Below, one piece after another: positions 48,597-59,600 of a stretch of 64,000 nucleotides of DNA. Position numbers and translations under genes: made by a program. This DNA is from Candidatus Omnitrophota bacterium (lineage in GTDB: Bacteria; Omnitrophota; Gorgyraeia; DTHP01). Position 1 is the first letter of the stretch, and every line of letters starts with the position of its first letter. Under the pieces are notes generated by a model. The model saw only the letters and a program-made list of their open reading frames with translations, had not been told where the DNA came from and ran no database searches. Where the stretch lies: assembly GCA_023819145.1 (NCBI GenBank), contig JAMWCW010000005.1, forward strand, positions 22,566-86,565, given 5' to 3'.

Positions 48597-49718
48597 ATGT
48601 TTGCTCTTGATACTGAAAAGAAGTTGAAAATACTGGGGCAAGAAGCACGTTTTGAATCTTGCGGATTACCAAGAAATTTTGGACATAGATGGCACGACAG
48701 GTTCATCTACCAGGCAGTAGGAGAAGGTGGTTTTTGTGTTAATCTTTTTAAAATTTTACAGACTAATAGCTGTAGAAATAATTGTTTCTACTGCGCTAAT
48801 AGAAGAGATAGAGACTTTGCAAGATTCTCCTTTACGCCTCAAGAGTTGGCAAAAATATTTATCGAATACTATCGCCAGAAAAAGATTCAAGGACTTTTTC
48901 TTTCATCTGCCTTAGAAAATGATGCAGATAATACTCAGGGGAAGATGCTTGAGACAATAAAGATTTTAAGGAAAACTTATGGTTATCAAGGATACATTCA
49001 TTTTAAAATTCTTCCCGGCGTAGACAAAAAACTCATTTTTGAAGCAGCAAAATTAAGTAATAGGATTTCGCTTAACCTCGAGGCGCCGGGTGATGTTTAT
49101 CTTAATAAAATTGCCAAAGAAAAAAATATGCATAAGATTCTTATCCCCACCTTAGAAAATATGGTAGAAGCAGTAAAGTTTTATCCTTTAAAATCAGGAA
49201 TCACTACCCAGTTAATTATCGGAAGCGGTAGTGAGACGGATAAAGAAATCATTTTCTTTGCTGATGAAATTTATAATAGGTATAAAATAAAGCGCATTTA
49301 CTACAGCGGTTTTGCCCCTGTAAAAGGTACTCCTTTGGAATACCATCCCCATTGTTCTGACCTCCGCGAATATCGTATTTATCAGGCAGATTTTCTTTTG
49401 AGGAAATATGGTTTTAAGAAGGAAGAACTTGTGTTTGATGAGCAGGGTAATCTTTTGCCAAATATAGACCCAAAATTTGCCTGGGCAGAAAAACATCCTG
49501 AAAGATTTCCCGTAGAGATAAATAGAGCAAGTTTTGAAGAACTTTTGCGTGTTCCGGGCATTGGGAGATGTTCGGCAGAGAAAATTATAAAATTCCGCAG
49601 GATTAAAAAGATTGCAAATTTAGAAGACCTTAAAAAATTGGTTCCTCTATTGAGACGCACTCAAAATTTTGTTACATTAAACGGGAAATTCCTTCCTTTA
49701 AAAGAAAAAAGAAGATGA
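48597..49718 (+). CDS. Putative DNA modification/repair radical SAM protein with a C-terminal helix-hairpin-helix (TIGR03916-like)
   Basis: LFKIL.TN.CRNNCFYC.NR, GLFLSS, YIHFK..PG, REYRIYQADFLLRKYGF, DPK..WA..H...FPVEINRA, LLRVPGIG..SA. Confidence 0.92.
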   Translation: MFALDTEKKLKILGQEARFESCGLPRNFGHRWHDRFIYQAVGEGGFCVNLFKILQTNSCRNNCFYCANRRDRDFARFSFTPQELAKIFIEYYRQKKIQGLFLSSALENDADNTQGKMLETIKILRKTYGYQGYIHFKILPGVDKKLIFEAAKLSNRISLNLEAPGDVYLNKIAKEKNMHKILIPTLENMVEAVKFYPLKSGITTQLIIGSGSETDKEIIFFADEIYNRYKIKRIYYSGFAPVKGTPLEYHPHCSDLREYRIYQADFLLRKYGFKKEELVFDEQGNLLPNIDPKFAWAEKHPERFPVEINRASFEELLRVPGIGRCSAEKIIKFRRIKKIANLEDLKKLVPLLRRTQNFVTLNGKFLPLKEKRR

Positions 49719-51874
49719 AGATTGAACAGCTGGTAAAATTTGGTATTTCCGAATATTTCATAGATAGATTTAAGGAAGAAAAGATTAATTATCTCTACCC
49801 TCCTCAGTCAGAGGCAATTGAACGCGGGTTACTTAGGCAAGAGAAAAATTTCTTACTTGCCTTTCCTACCGCTTCGGGTAAGACTTTAAATGCAACTCTT
49901 TTGGCAATAAAAACCCTTAACGAGAAAAGAGGCAAAGTTGTTTACATTGTTCCCTTAGTGGCTTTAGCAAATGAGAAATACATTTATTATAAGCATCTCT
50001 TTTCTAATTTTAAAGTTGCCTTATCGGTCGGTGACATAGATTCTCCGGAGTCTTGGTTGGCAAATTATGATTTTATAGTCGTTACTACAGAAAAATTTGA
50101 TTCTCTTATCAGGCACGGTGTTGAGTGGGTTTCTCAGGTGCAACTATTAATTGTAGATGAGATACACCTTATTAATGATTATTCACGCGGACCTACTCTG
50201 GAAATAGTGATTACTCAGTTAAGAAAGCTTTCTCCCCAGGCAAAGATTTTAGCTCTTTCTGCGACAGTGAGCAATGCAGAGGAGATGGGGATGTGGCTTA
50301 ATGCAGAATTGGTAAAAAGCGATTTTCGGCCAGTAAAGTTATACGAGGGAATAGTATTTGACCACCTTCTTCACTTTATGGACAAAGAGGGATGCATTCT
50401 TAATGATAGGCTCTCTGTGGAAGAGGCAATTACCGAGCAGACTTTAAAGATAAAAAAACAGATACTTTTCTTTGTCGCAAACCGTAGAAATGCTGAATCC
50501 CTTGCTGAACGCTTAGGTAAAATAACGCAGAAATTTCTTGCTCTAGAGGATAAAGAACGTCTTCGTCACTTAAGTAAGGAGATAATTTCTGTTTTAGAAA
50601 CACCCACCCATCAATGTCGGAGGTTGGCAAAATGTGTTGATGAAGGTACCTCTTTTCACCACGCCGGGCTCTTATCTCGACAGAGAAAAATTGTTGAGGA
50701 AGGATTTCGCCAGGGGTGGATTAAGGTAGTAGTGGCTACTCCTACGCTTGCATTAGGGGTAAATCTTCCTTGTTTTCGCGTAGTCGTCCGTGATGTAAAA
50801 CGGTATTATCCTGGGTTGGGTTCAGAATACATCCCCACTTTAGAATATAAGCAATTCATTGGGCGAGCAGGACGTCCTCAGTATGATGAATTTGGAGAAG
50901 CAATTCTTATAAGTCGTTCCGAAAGAGAAAAGGAGGAATTAATTCAGAGGTATATTTATGGAAAACCGGAAGAGATTAATTCTAAACTTGCACAGGAATC
51001 AGTTTTACGTATGCATATCCTTGCCCTCGTTGCTTCTGAATTTTGTGTTAATTTTGAGGATTTGGATGATTTTTTTAAGCTGACTTTTTTTGGCTTTCAA
51101 TATCGGGATATCGGTCTTATAAAGGAAAAGATTAGTTCGGTTATTGAAAACCTTAAAGATTGGGGATTTATTTTTGAAAAATCGGGGCATTATAAAGCAA
51201 CAAAGCTGGGTAAAAGGATAACTCAACTCTATTTAGACCCACTTACAGGGTACGATTTTATTAATTCTTTAACGAAACTTGTCCACAAAGAAGAAATTTC
51301 TGACTTGGCAATTCTTCTGATTATTTCTTTGGCCAAAGAGATTTCTCCACCCCTTCCATTACGCGAAGAAGATTTTTATAATCTGGGAGAATTTCTAATG
51401 AGGATGCAAGACGTTTTTTTAAACAAACCTCCTTCCATCTGGGAAGATAACTATGAAGAATTCCTTTCTGCTTTAAAGTTGTCCCTTGTTTTTGACGCCT
51501 GGATAAACGAGGATAATGAGGAGGAAATTTTGGATAAGTTTAAACTAACTCCTGGTGAATTTCATGCTAAACGTGAAGTTGGAGATTGGCTTATTTATTC
51601 TTTGGAAGAATTATCAAAAATATTAAAATTAAACATCCCCAATGTTAGAAAATTAAGAATTAGACTTCACTATGGTGTTCGTGAAGAGTTATTGGAACTG
51701 GTCAGTTTGCGAGACGTGGGTCGCAAACGGGCGCGCCGACTTTTTAACTCTGGTTTTAAAAATATCTTTATTCTGCGAAAGGTCGAAGAAAAAGATATCG
51801 CTCGTATTGTTGGTCCCCATATCGCGCGCGTGATTAAAAAACAGATTTTACTTTCTTCTGAAAAGAAAAAATGA
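49715..51874 (+). CDS. Ski2-like SF2 DNA helicase, archaeal Hel308/Hjm type
   Basis: LYPPQ, PTASGKT, VPL.ALA.EK, DEIH, RGPTLE, LSAT, FHHAGL, TPTLA.GVNLP, GRAGRP.YD..GEA, AT.LG winged helix, YGVREELLEL..L..VGRKRARRL C-terminal HhH with RAR motif. Confidence 0.9.
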   Translation: MKIEQLVKFGISEYFIDRFKEEKINYLYPPQSEAIERGLLRQEKNFLLAFPTASGKTLNATLLAIKTLNEKRGKVVYIVPLVALANEKYIYYKHLFSNFKVALSVGDIDSPESWLANYDFIVVTTEKFDSLIRHGVEWVSQVQLLIVDEIHLINDYSRGPTLEIVITQLRKLSPQAKILALSATVSNAEEMGMWLNAELVKSDFRPVKLYEGIVFDHLLHFMDKEGCILNDRLSVEEAITEQTLKIKKQILFFVANRRNAESLAERLGKITQKFLALEDKERLRHLSKEIISVLETPTHQCRRLAKCVDEGTSFHHAGLLSRQRKIVEEGFRQGWIKVVVATPTLALGVNLPCFRVVVRDVKRYYPGLGSEYIPTLEYKQFIGRAGRPQYDEFGEAILISRSEREKEELIQRYIYGKPEEINSKLAQESVLRMHILALVASEFCVNFEDLDDFFKLTFFGFQYRDIGLIKEKISSVIENLKDWGFIFEKSGHYKATKLGKRITQLYLDPLTGYDFINSLTKLVHKEEISDLAILLIISLAKEISPPLPLREEDFYNLGEFLMRMQDVFLNKPPSIWEDNYEEFLSALKLSLVFDAWINEDNEEEILDKFKLTPGEFHAKREVGDWLIYSLEELSKILKLNIPNVRKLRIRLHYGVREELLELVSLRDVGRKRARRLFNSGFKNIFILRKVEEKDIARIVGPHIARVIKKQILLSSEKKK

Positions 51875-51913
51875 TATAATCACTTTGTTAGAATATTTAA
51901 AAAGGAGGTTGGC

Positions 51914-52513
51914 ATGAAAAAAGGAATTATTCTCTATATCCTGCTTGTTCTCGGGTTATTTGTCATTGTTTTATTAGGCATACATTATTCCGCACTCTTA
52001 AAAGAACGCGCAGCCCTACAAAAAGCAGTAATTAATTTTGAGAATAAAATAGTTGAGTATAAGAAAGCGATGGACTTAAAAGAGCAGGAATTTGAAGCAA
52101 AGGTTTCAGACATGGCTAATGAAAGAGAGAAGTTAATGCAACAGATTGATGAGATAAACGGGAAGTTAATACAAACTCAGAATTTACTTTCTCAGATAAA
52201 ACAGGAGGAAGAGAATTTAAAGGCTGAAAATTTATCATTGACGGAAAAGGCTAAGAATCTCGAAGTCCAGCTCTACAATTTAAACGAAGAAAAATTAGAA
52301 TTAGAGCGGAAGATTTCTTCTTTAAGTGAGTTGAGAAAAGCATTGAGAGAGGCGAAATTGAAGGAGATTCAAGAGAGAAGGATTGAGCTTAAACAACGGA
52401 ATGCCGAAGGACTTCTTCTGGGAAACCGTGGGTATCTCGTAAAGGATGGTAAGCCGACCATAAATCCCAAATATATTATTCATGTTTTCCCCCCTCAGAC
52501 AACCCAGGAATGA
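51914..52513 (+). CDS. Membrane-anchored coiled-coil hypothetical protein
   Basis: N-terminal TM, long heptad-rich region, C-terminal GNRGYLVKDGKPT; AAGGAGG RBS and TGnTATAAT upstream. Confidence 0.75.
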   Translation: MKKGIILYILLVLGLFVIVLLGIHYSALLKERAALQKAVINFENKIVEYKKAMDLKEQEFEAKVSDMANEREKLMQQIDEINGKLIQTQNLLSQIKQEEENLKAENLSLTEKAKNLEVQLYNLNEEKLELERKISSLSELRKALREAKLKEIQERRIELKQRNAEGLLLGNRGYLVKDGKPTINPKYIIHVFPPQTTQE

Positions 52514-53232
52514 GAGAAGCGAATATCTTGGTATCCTCGGAACTAATAAAGGATGATTTTTTTTATTACTTTAAAAGATGGAAATCCCACCCCGTAGGTG
52601 CTTTTTTCTCAAATCGATTGATAGATTTTTCTCAGGTAGAGCATCGCAGATACCTCTATCAGAGATTGGGCATAGAAAGAACCAGGTTAGTCTTGCCCGA
52701 ACAGGAACACGGTGGTAAAGTAGAATTTGTAAGTTTGGATAATAGGAATAAGAAGTTTTTTGCTGATGCTTTGATTACTCAGGAGAGAGAAATAGCCCTG
52801 GGGGTACTTACTGCGGATTGCCTTTCTATATTTCTATACGATACAGTTCGGAAGGCTATTGGGATAGTGCATGCAGGTTGGCGAAGCACTAAAGAAGAAG
52901 TCCTAAAAAATACTGTCACTAATATGCAGAGGCGTTTTTCTACAATGCCTTCTGATTTACTTGTAGCATTCGGTCCGAGTATAAGAGTATGTTGCTATAA
53001 AGTGAATAAAGATTTACAAAGCTATTTTCCTAAACATATTCAAGGTAGAAAAGAGGAGCTATTTTTAGACCTCAAGGAAGCAAATTTAGAACAGTTGCGT
53101 TCTTTAGGCGTAAGGGATGAGAATATTTTTGACTGCGGGATGTGCACTTTTTGTCAAAACCATGAATTCTTTTCTTATCGCAAAGAAGGTAAGGATGTAG
53201 GAAGGATTATTTCATTAATTATGTTAATGTAA
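52510..53232 (+). CDS. pgeF: Peptidoglycan editing factor PgeF/YfiH (purine nucleoside phosphorylase)
   Basis: QEHG, ADALIT, TADCL, HAGWRS, GPSI..CCY, FFSYRK. Confidence 0.93.
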   Translation: MREANILVSSELIKDDFFYYFKRWKSHPVGAFFSNRLIDFSQVEHRRYLYQRLGIERTRLVLPEQEHGGKVEFVSLDNRNKKFFADALITQEREIALGVLTADCLSIFLYDTVRKAIGIVHAGWRSTKEEVLKNTVTNMQRRFSTMPSDLLVAFGPSIRVCCYKVNKDLQSYFPKHIQGRKEELFLDLKEANLEQLRSLGVRDENIFDCGMCTFCQNHEFFSYRKEGKDVGRIISLIMLM

Positions 53233-53278
53233 AGATACAAAAGTAAAGGGTTAGAGTAGATAGTAGAAAATATCTAAG

Positions 53279-54673
53279 ATGAAGATAAAATTCTTGGGAG
53301 GAGTAAAGTCTGTAACCGGTTCCCATCACCTCATAGAGGTTAAAGGAAATAATTTCCTTTTAGATTGCGGACTTTTTCAGGGTAAGCGTCAAGAGGCACG
53401 GTTATTTAATGAAAATCCCAAAGTGGATTTATCCAAACTTGAGGCAGTCGTTCTCTCCCATGCGCATATCGACCATAGCGGTAATATCCCTACTTTATCG
53501 AGGTTGGGGTTTAAGAAACACATTTATTCTACCTTGGCTACCTACGACCTATCTAATGCGATGTTAAGAGATTCAGCCTATATTCAAGAGAAGGATACTG
53601 AGTTTTTGAATAAGAGATTGAAGAAAAAGAAAAAACCTTTACTCAGTCCACTATATACTATTGAGGATGCAGAGAGAGCTTTGGGGCTTTTTATGGGCAT
53701 TGGATATCATAAGGTATTTAGTCTGAGTCAGGAAGTAAAAGTAGAATTTTTTGATGCAGGGCATGTCTTAGGTTCTTCTCTCATCCTCTTGGAAATTACC
53801 GAGGATACAGTTCGTCCAAAACGGCTTGGATATATTTTAGATTTGGGAAGGCAAAATTTACCATTTTTGAAAGACCCAGAATTTATTCCCGACTTGGATT
53901 ATATAATTATTGAATCTACTTATGGCAATCGTTTGCACCCCGAATTTAGTGAGGTGAAAAAAGAACTGGCTGATTTGATAAATCGTACCTTTAAGAGAAA
54001 GGGGAAAATAATTATTCCTGCCTTTGCTTTGGAGAGGACTCAGGAGATTATCTGGTGTTTGAGTGATTTGTGGAATAAGGGAATGATTCCTGCCATCCCT
54101 GTTTATGTAGATAGCCCTTTAGCGATAAACATTACAGAGATTTTTCGCCTCCATCCCGATTGTTTCGACGCAAGGACTAAAAATATGCTTTTGATGGGGC
54201 GTGACCCATTTGGCTTTGAAAATGTTGTTTATACTCGTTCTAAAGAAGAATCGCAGGCGCTTAATGATTTAAAAAAACCCGCCATAATTATTTCTGCTTC
54301 GGGCATGTGTGAAAACGGAAGAATTCTGCATCATTTAAGACACAATATTGAAAACCCCAAAAACACCATATTGATTGTGGGATATATGGCCCAGGATACC
54401 CTTGGCAGGAAAATTGTAGAGAAGGAAAAAAAAGTGAAAATCTTCGGCGAGGAATATAGACTTAAAGCAGAGGTAGTGATAATGAATGCTTTTAGCGGTC
54501 ATGCGGATAGAAACGATTTACTCAAGTATGTAAGAAGAACTAAAGAATCGGTTAAGAAAGTTTTTGTAGTTCATGGCGATCCAGACCAGTCCGAGGCTTT
54601 GGCTGAAGGTATTAAGGAAGTAGGGGTAGATAATGTCTATGTACCCGAAGTTGGGGATGAGGCGGAGTTATAA
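53279..54673 (+). CDS. Metallo-beta-lactamase/beta-CASP RNA-processing nuclease
   Basis: VTGS.H, DCGLFQG, SHAHIDHSG, AGHVLGS, ESTYG.R.H, ASGMCE.GRI.HHL, FSGHAD, VHG. Confidence 0.93.
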   Translation: MKIKFLGGVKSVTGSHHLIEVKGNNFLLDCGLFQGKRQEARLFNENPKVDLSKLEAVVLSHAHIDHSGNIPTLSRLGFKKHIYSTLATYDLSNAMLRDSAYIQEKDTEFLNKRLKKKKKPLLSPLYTIEDAERALGLFMGIGYHKVFSLSQEVKVEFFDAGHVLGSSLILLEITEDTVRPKRLGYILDLGRQNLPFLKDPEFIPDLDYIIIESTYGNRLHPEFSEVKKELADLINRTFKRKGKIIIPAFALERTQEIIWCLSDLWNKGMIPAIPVYVDSPLAINITEIFRLHPDCFDARTKNMLLMGRDPFGFENVVYTRSKEESQALNDLKKPAIIISASGMCENGRILHHLRHNIENPKNTILIVGYMAQDTLGRKIVEKEKKVKIFGEEYRLKAEVVIMNAFSGHADRNDLLKYVRRTKESVKKVFVVHGDPDQSEALAEGIKEVGVDNVYVPEVGDEAEL

Positions 54674-54714
54674 GTTTAAATATTAAATTCTGATTTTTGA
54701 AATGCGGGTTTGCT

Positions 54715-55152
54715 ATGAAAGCGGTAATACAACGTGTAAAAGAATCCAAGGTAGTTGTAGATAATGAGACCGTTGCTGATATCAGGAAGGGTATTTTGAT
54801 TTTTTTGGCGGTGGGTAAAGGAGATACCGAAGAAAGCGCTATAAAATTGGCTAAAAAGATTTCCGAGTTGCGGATATTTGATGACAGCCAAGGTAAAATG
54901 AATTTATCTATAAAGGATGTCAAAGGTGAAATTTTGGTAGTGTCACAGTTTACGCTATATGCAGATTGTTGGGATGGACGCAGACCTTCTTTTGACCCTT
55001 GTGCGGAACCAACTGAGGCAAAAATGTTTTACGACTTATTTATTAGGGAATTGGCAAAAACTGGTTTAGGAGTAAAAGAAGGTAAATTTGCTGCAAGAAT
55101 GGAAGTAGAACTAATCAACGACGGTCCCGTTACTTTTATTTTGGAAACATAG
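54715..55152 (+). CDS. dtd: D-aminoacyl-tRNA deacylase
   Basis: MKAVIQRV, LRIF.D..GKMNLS, VSQFTL, GRRPSF, NDGPVT. Confidence 0.97.
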   Translation: MKAVIQRVKESKVVVDNETVADIRKGILIFLAVGKGDTEESAIKLAKKISELRIFDDSQGKMNLSIKDVKGEILVVSQFTLYADCWDGRRPSFDPCAEPTEAKMFYDLFIRELAKTGLGVKEGKFAARMEVELINDGPVTFILET

Positions 55153-55153
55153 A

Positions 55154-55924
55154 ATGAGAAAAGAAACGATTTTTGTACATGTTCCTTACAGGGTGCTTTT
55201 GCCAAATTTGGAGAAGATAGCAGATTTAGGAATAAATTGCGAGATTTATATTGATGGAGATTCCTTGGATTGTTATCATGATAAAGAAATAGAATTGATA
55301 AACGAAATTTTTGAAAAACATGGACTTAAAAAGAATATCCATGGTCCAATATACGACCTTAATCCTGGTTCTTTAGATTCAGAGATTCGCAGTATTTCTA
55401 AGAAACGGATTAAGCAGACGATATCTTTTTGTGAGCGATTAAATTCTTCAAATATTGTTTTTCACCATGGTTTTGGGCATCTTTATTATAGAAATCATAG
55501 AGAAAAATGGCTGGAAAATTCCTATGAAATTTGGAAACCTTTTGCAGAATATTTGTTAGAAAAGGATATTTATTTATTAATCGAGAATTCTTTAGATCCC
55601 GAACCAAGTATAATTTTAGAACTTATTGCAAAAATTAATTCTCCAAACTTTCTTGCCTGTTTTGATATTGGGCACTTCAATGCCTTTGGTAATAAATCCC
55701 CACTCGAAATATTCAAGGAATATCCAAAAGAAGTTATCGGGGAGATTCATCTTTCGGATAACTTAGGGGATTTTGATACCCATTTAGCTTTAGGAAAAGG
55801 CGACATTAACTTCAAGGAATTCTTCCAATTAATCAAGGAAAGAGGAATCTTACCTACCATTACCCTTGAGCCTCACAGTTTAGAAGATATTCCGCCAAGT
55901 TTAGAATACATACTAAACATTTAG
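55154..55924 (+). CDS. Sugar phosphate isomerase/epimerase (xylose isomerase-like / endonuclease IV TIM-barrel) family protein
   Basis: HGP..DLNPGS.D, VFH, IEN, CFDIGH, IHLSDN.G..D.HL.LGKG, TLE. Confidence 0.88.
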   Translation: MRKETIFVHVPYRVLLPNLEKIADLGINCEIYIDGDSLDCYHDKEIELINEIFEKHGLKKNIHGPIYDLNPGSLDSEIRSISKKRIKQTISFCERLNSSNIVFHHGFGHLYYRNHREKWLENSYEIWKPFAEYLLEKDIYLLIENSLDPEPSIILELIAKINSPNFLACFDIGHFNAFGNKSPLEIFKEYPKEVIGEIHLSDNLGDFDTHLALGKGDINFKEFFQLIKERGILPTITLEPHSLEDIPPSLEYILNI

Positions 55925-55961
55925 ACATTAAATGTAAAATTTTTTATTTCTGAATTTTAGA

Positions 55962-56630
55962 ATGATTCCCTTACATGATGAAAATCCTACAGAAAGGTTC
56001 TCTTTTGTAACCATTGTTTTGGTTATTGTTAATTCCATTGTTTTTCTCTATGAGCTTTCCTTAGGTAGTTCATTAGAGATAACTATCCGTCGTTATACCC
56101 TTATTCCATATAATTTTATAAACTATTTTGATTTTTCTCAATTACGTACGCTTTTTAGTTCACTTTTTTTGCATGGGAGTTTATTGCATCTTTTGGGAAA
56201 CATGCTTTACCTTTGGATTTTTGGCAACAATATTGAGGACGTTTTGGGGCACTTTAAATTTATCTTGTTCTATTTTCTCTGCGGAATTTCCGCTTCCCTT
56301 GCACACATTCTTACCAATCCCCATTCAACTATTCCTACTTTAGGTGCAAGTGGAGCGGTTTCCGGGGTATTAGGGGCATATTTTATTCTTTTCCCTCAAG
56401 CAAGGGTAGTTACCATAATTCCTATTTTCTACTTTATCAGAATAGTTAAAATTCCTGCTTTTTTCTTTCTTGGATTCTGGATTGCGGTTCAATTTTTATC
56501 AGGGATAATTAGTTCGGGAATGGACAGCGATTTAGGTGGAGGGGTTGCTTGGTTTGCTCATCTTGGTGGTTTTTTTGCAGGAGTGTTACTCTTACCTCTA
56601 TTCTACCAGCGAGGCAGGAGAAGATATTAG
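55962..56630 (+). CDS. Rhomboid family intramembrane serine protease
   Basis: MIPL.D.NP, FLHG...HL.GNM, GASGA, VAWFAHLGGF. Confidence 0.95.
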   Translation: MIPLHDENPTERFSFVTIVLVIVNSIVFLYELSLGSSLEITIRRYTLIPYNFINYFDFSQLRTLFSSLFLHGSLLHLLGNMLYLWIFGNNIEDVLGHFKFILFYFLCGISASLAHILTNPHSTIPTLGASGAVSGVLGAYFILFPQARVVTIIPIFYFIRIVKIPAFFFLGFWIAVQFLSGIISSGMDSDLGGGVAWFAHLGGFFAGVLLLPLFYQRGRRRY

Positions 56631-59600
56631 ATTTAAGGAGGATTTAATTATCTTTGTGTATATTTTTTGTCTGAGATTATAGCGTGTTGTGAGCAAATTT
56701 AAAAAGACATCCTTCTGATAAAGTGATAGTTTAGCATAAGGAATGTTCTGTATCTCGGATAGAGCCTTTCTCAAATAGAAATATTCTGGAGCAACCAAAT
56801 CAATAACTTCGCTTAGATTCCGTAAACTCATTATTTTTTTGTATAATTTTTTTAACTCACTATTTTCAAAAAACTGCAATAGTTTTCTTATTTCCCTTTC
56901 TTCCGCAATACTGATTTTGTATCTTTTGATTATTTTTTTGATTAATTTTTTTTGTTGATTAAAGGAAAGTTCTTCCCAAGGGGGGAAACCGAGTTTTTTG
57001 GGCCCCATAAGATTTATAAGCGCGGTTAAGGCTTTAATGAATTTTATCTCTTTATCCTGAGGAAGATAGATTCTGTATTTTTTGTTTTTATATAGCTTTA
57101 ACAAAATTCGCGCCCTACTAAGTTCATTGAGAGTTTCCCAGTTATACTCACGCAAATTTTCGGGCAGTATTTCCTTATGGGTAAGTTTTTCTAACAGATT
57201 TTTTGCAGGGAATTTTTCCCAATCCATTTCAGTAAGAAAAGATAAAAATATTCTTAACAATTCTCGAGGGCCCAACGTATGATTGATTTCCAAATTATAT
57301 TCCAAGATATTTTCGATAATTTGTTCTCTCTCTAAGGGTTTATTTTTATTAGACAGTTCTTTTTTCAATAACTTAATTCTATCCCGCATCCCTAAGAATT
57401 CAAGAGAAGAGAATGATGGGCTTTCTCCATAATTTCCTGATAGCCATGCAAGCATTGGTCCTATTATCCATGACCAGATAAATACTGGCCACCCATAGAA
57501 GATAAGCGAAGGGTCGGCTAACCCTGAAAAAACAGGAATTACAGCAAAAGTTAAGGAGAGAATGGGAGTAGCGATTAGACGTAAATATACTTCAAAAAGG
57601 GAAGTTTTTTTGCCAAGGATTTTTTCTACAAAAGGAGTGGTAAACCAAGGGATAGAGGTGTTAGGGTTGAAAATAATAAACCAGATTTTAGAGATGACAA
57701 TAAAAGGAATGTGCACTACATTCATAAGGAGGATAGAACTAGAATAGATTGTTTCTATAAATCCTCTTTTTAATATGTCTAAAACCGTTCTTTGAGAGGG
57801 GACAATTTCTAAAAGAAGGATGAGGGGAAATAAAAAACCCGCCAGGGATGGAAAAGATTGGAAGAGAAACAAAAAGACCCAGTTTGCGGAAGTAATATTC
57901 TCCATCCAGTTTAATAAAAAGGGTGCATAGAGCCAGGCAAAGAAGCCAATGGTCGATATAATCACTATGCTTACTAAGCGATTAATCAGACCTGGATATA
58001 GAGAAAAAATTGACTTCATAATATAAATAATTATACGGCGGAGAACATATAGACTAATAATAAAGGCACTAAATTTCCCCCAATTTCCGGGGAAAGCGTT
58101 ATTTCCTAATTTATATATGTAGAAAGAAATAAGCAATAATAATAGAAAAATCAGTAATTTCTCTTTTTTCTTCTCGAATAAAATTAGACGTTCAAGAAGG
58201 GGGACAACGGCTTTGGGTAAAAAAATTAGAATTATTAAAACAGACCAGAAGATATGCCAAGCAATAGCAGGAGATTTTATGGTGAGTATCCCGGGGATAA
58301 CCAGAGAAATCGTTCCTATAAGCATTAACCATATACAGTAATAAAGAGGGGAGAACGCTAAGCGTTTTATTAGCCAGATACGCAATATTTTTGCTAAATA
58401 GGAGGGGGCTTCGTTTTTTTCTTTAAGATATTTAATTCTTACATAAATATGGCCTAACCAAAATTTAAATTCAGAAAAGTTTATTTTTAGAAGGGAAAAA
58501 ACCATTCTGAAAAAATCAATAAAGACTCCGAAATAGGTTTCGTATTCTAATAGAAGAAGATCCCCACCTAACCATCCCTCAAGCCGTTTTAGAAAAGAGA
58601 TGTAGTTAGGGGGGATATTTTCGATAAGATTTTTACTTTTTAGGTAAGGATAAGAATACACAAGAGCAGTTTTAAGATGCATTGCTTCCCAGTGGTCGTG
58701 GGTTCTTGCTAATGGCGGTATAGCTTCTTTAAACAGTATATTTTTGACATAAGCATCGACCAATTTTGTCATCTTGCCATAAGCGGAAGATTCTCCATAT
58801 AAAGAGAAAATTGCTCTTGCGCTGAAACGATACATCTGTTGTGCCCAGGAATGGAAACGGGCAAATGTGGACTGGCCCTGATTGGCAAAACAGATTTCCG
58901 GTTGAAGCATCAAATAGGGGTCTTCTTCATGGAGATTATGTATGAGTTTGCTGTTAAGATAAGAGAGCGTTTGCGGTTGGAATTCGTCATCTGCATCAGT
59001 TTGGTTTATGATTTTTATGCCACAGTCTGCGGGGATAAAATTTCCATTTTCGTCTCTAAGTATTTGCGCATCTTTAAATCTTAAATGTATTCCGTAGGGC
59101 AACTTCTCTCCATTTTTTAAGACGATTTCTCCATCTTTATTGAAAATATAATCCTCCTTTTTCGCTAAGAGTTCCTCTTTAATTAAATTTCCATTTTTTA
59201 TTAAAACATCCTTTTCTTTGACAACTACATCATCCGTTGATTCTTTTTGCCAAAGATAGACATCTCCTACAGTATAAGAACCCGAGGGATAAATTAAATA
59301 ATCACCATCCAAAGGATTAATCACGAGAGCATTTAATTTTTCATCGAAGTAGACATAGTCTTTTAGAGAAAGGATCTTTCTTATCCTTATATTATTTTCC
59401 TTGTCTTTATACCAACCGCCTGCTTCCGCCAAAAGGGTGGTTTTTATCAGAGCATAGTTTGTATAATCAAGAGCAATTTCTTCTTTATGCAGTTCTTTTA
59501 TTTTATCCTTTTTTGCTATCAACAAAGGTTTCGCTATACCTTTCTCAAATACGTCGCCTATATACCAAATATTACCTTCGTTGTCTAAATAAAAACCGTC

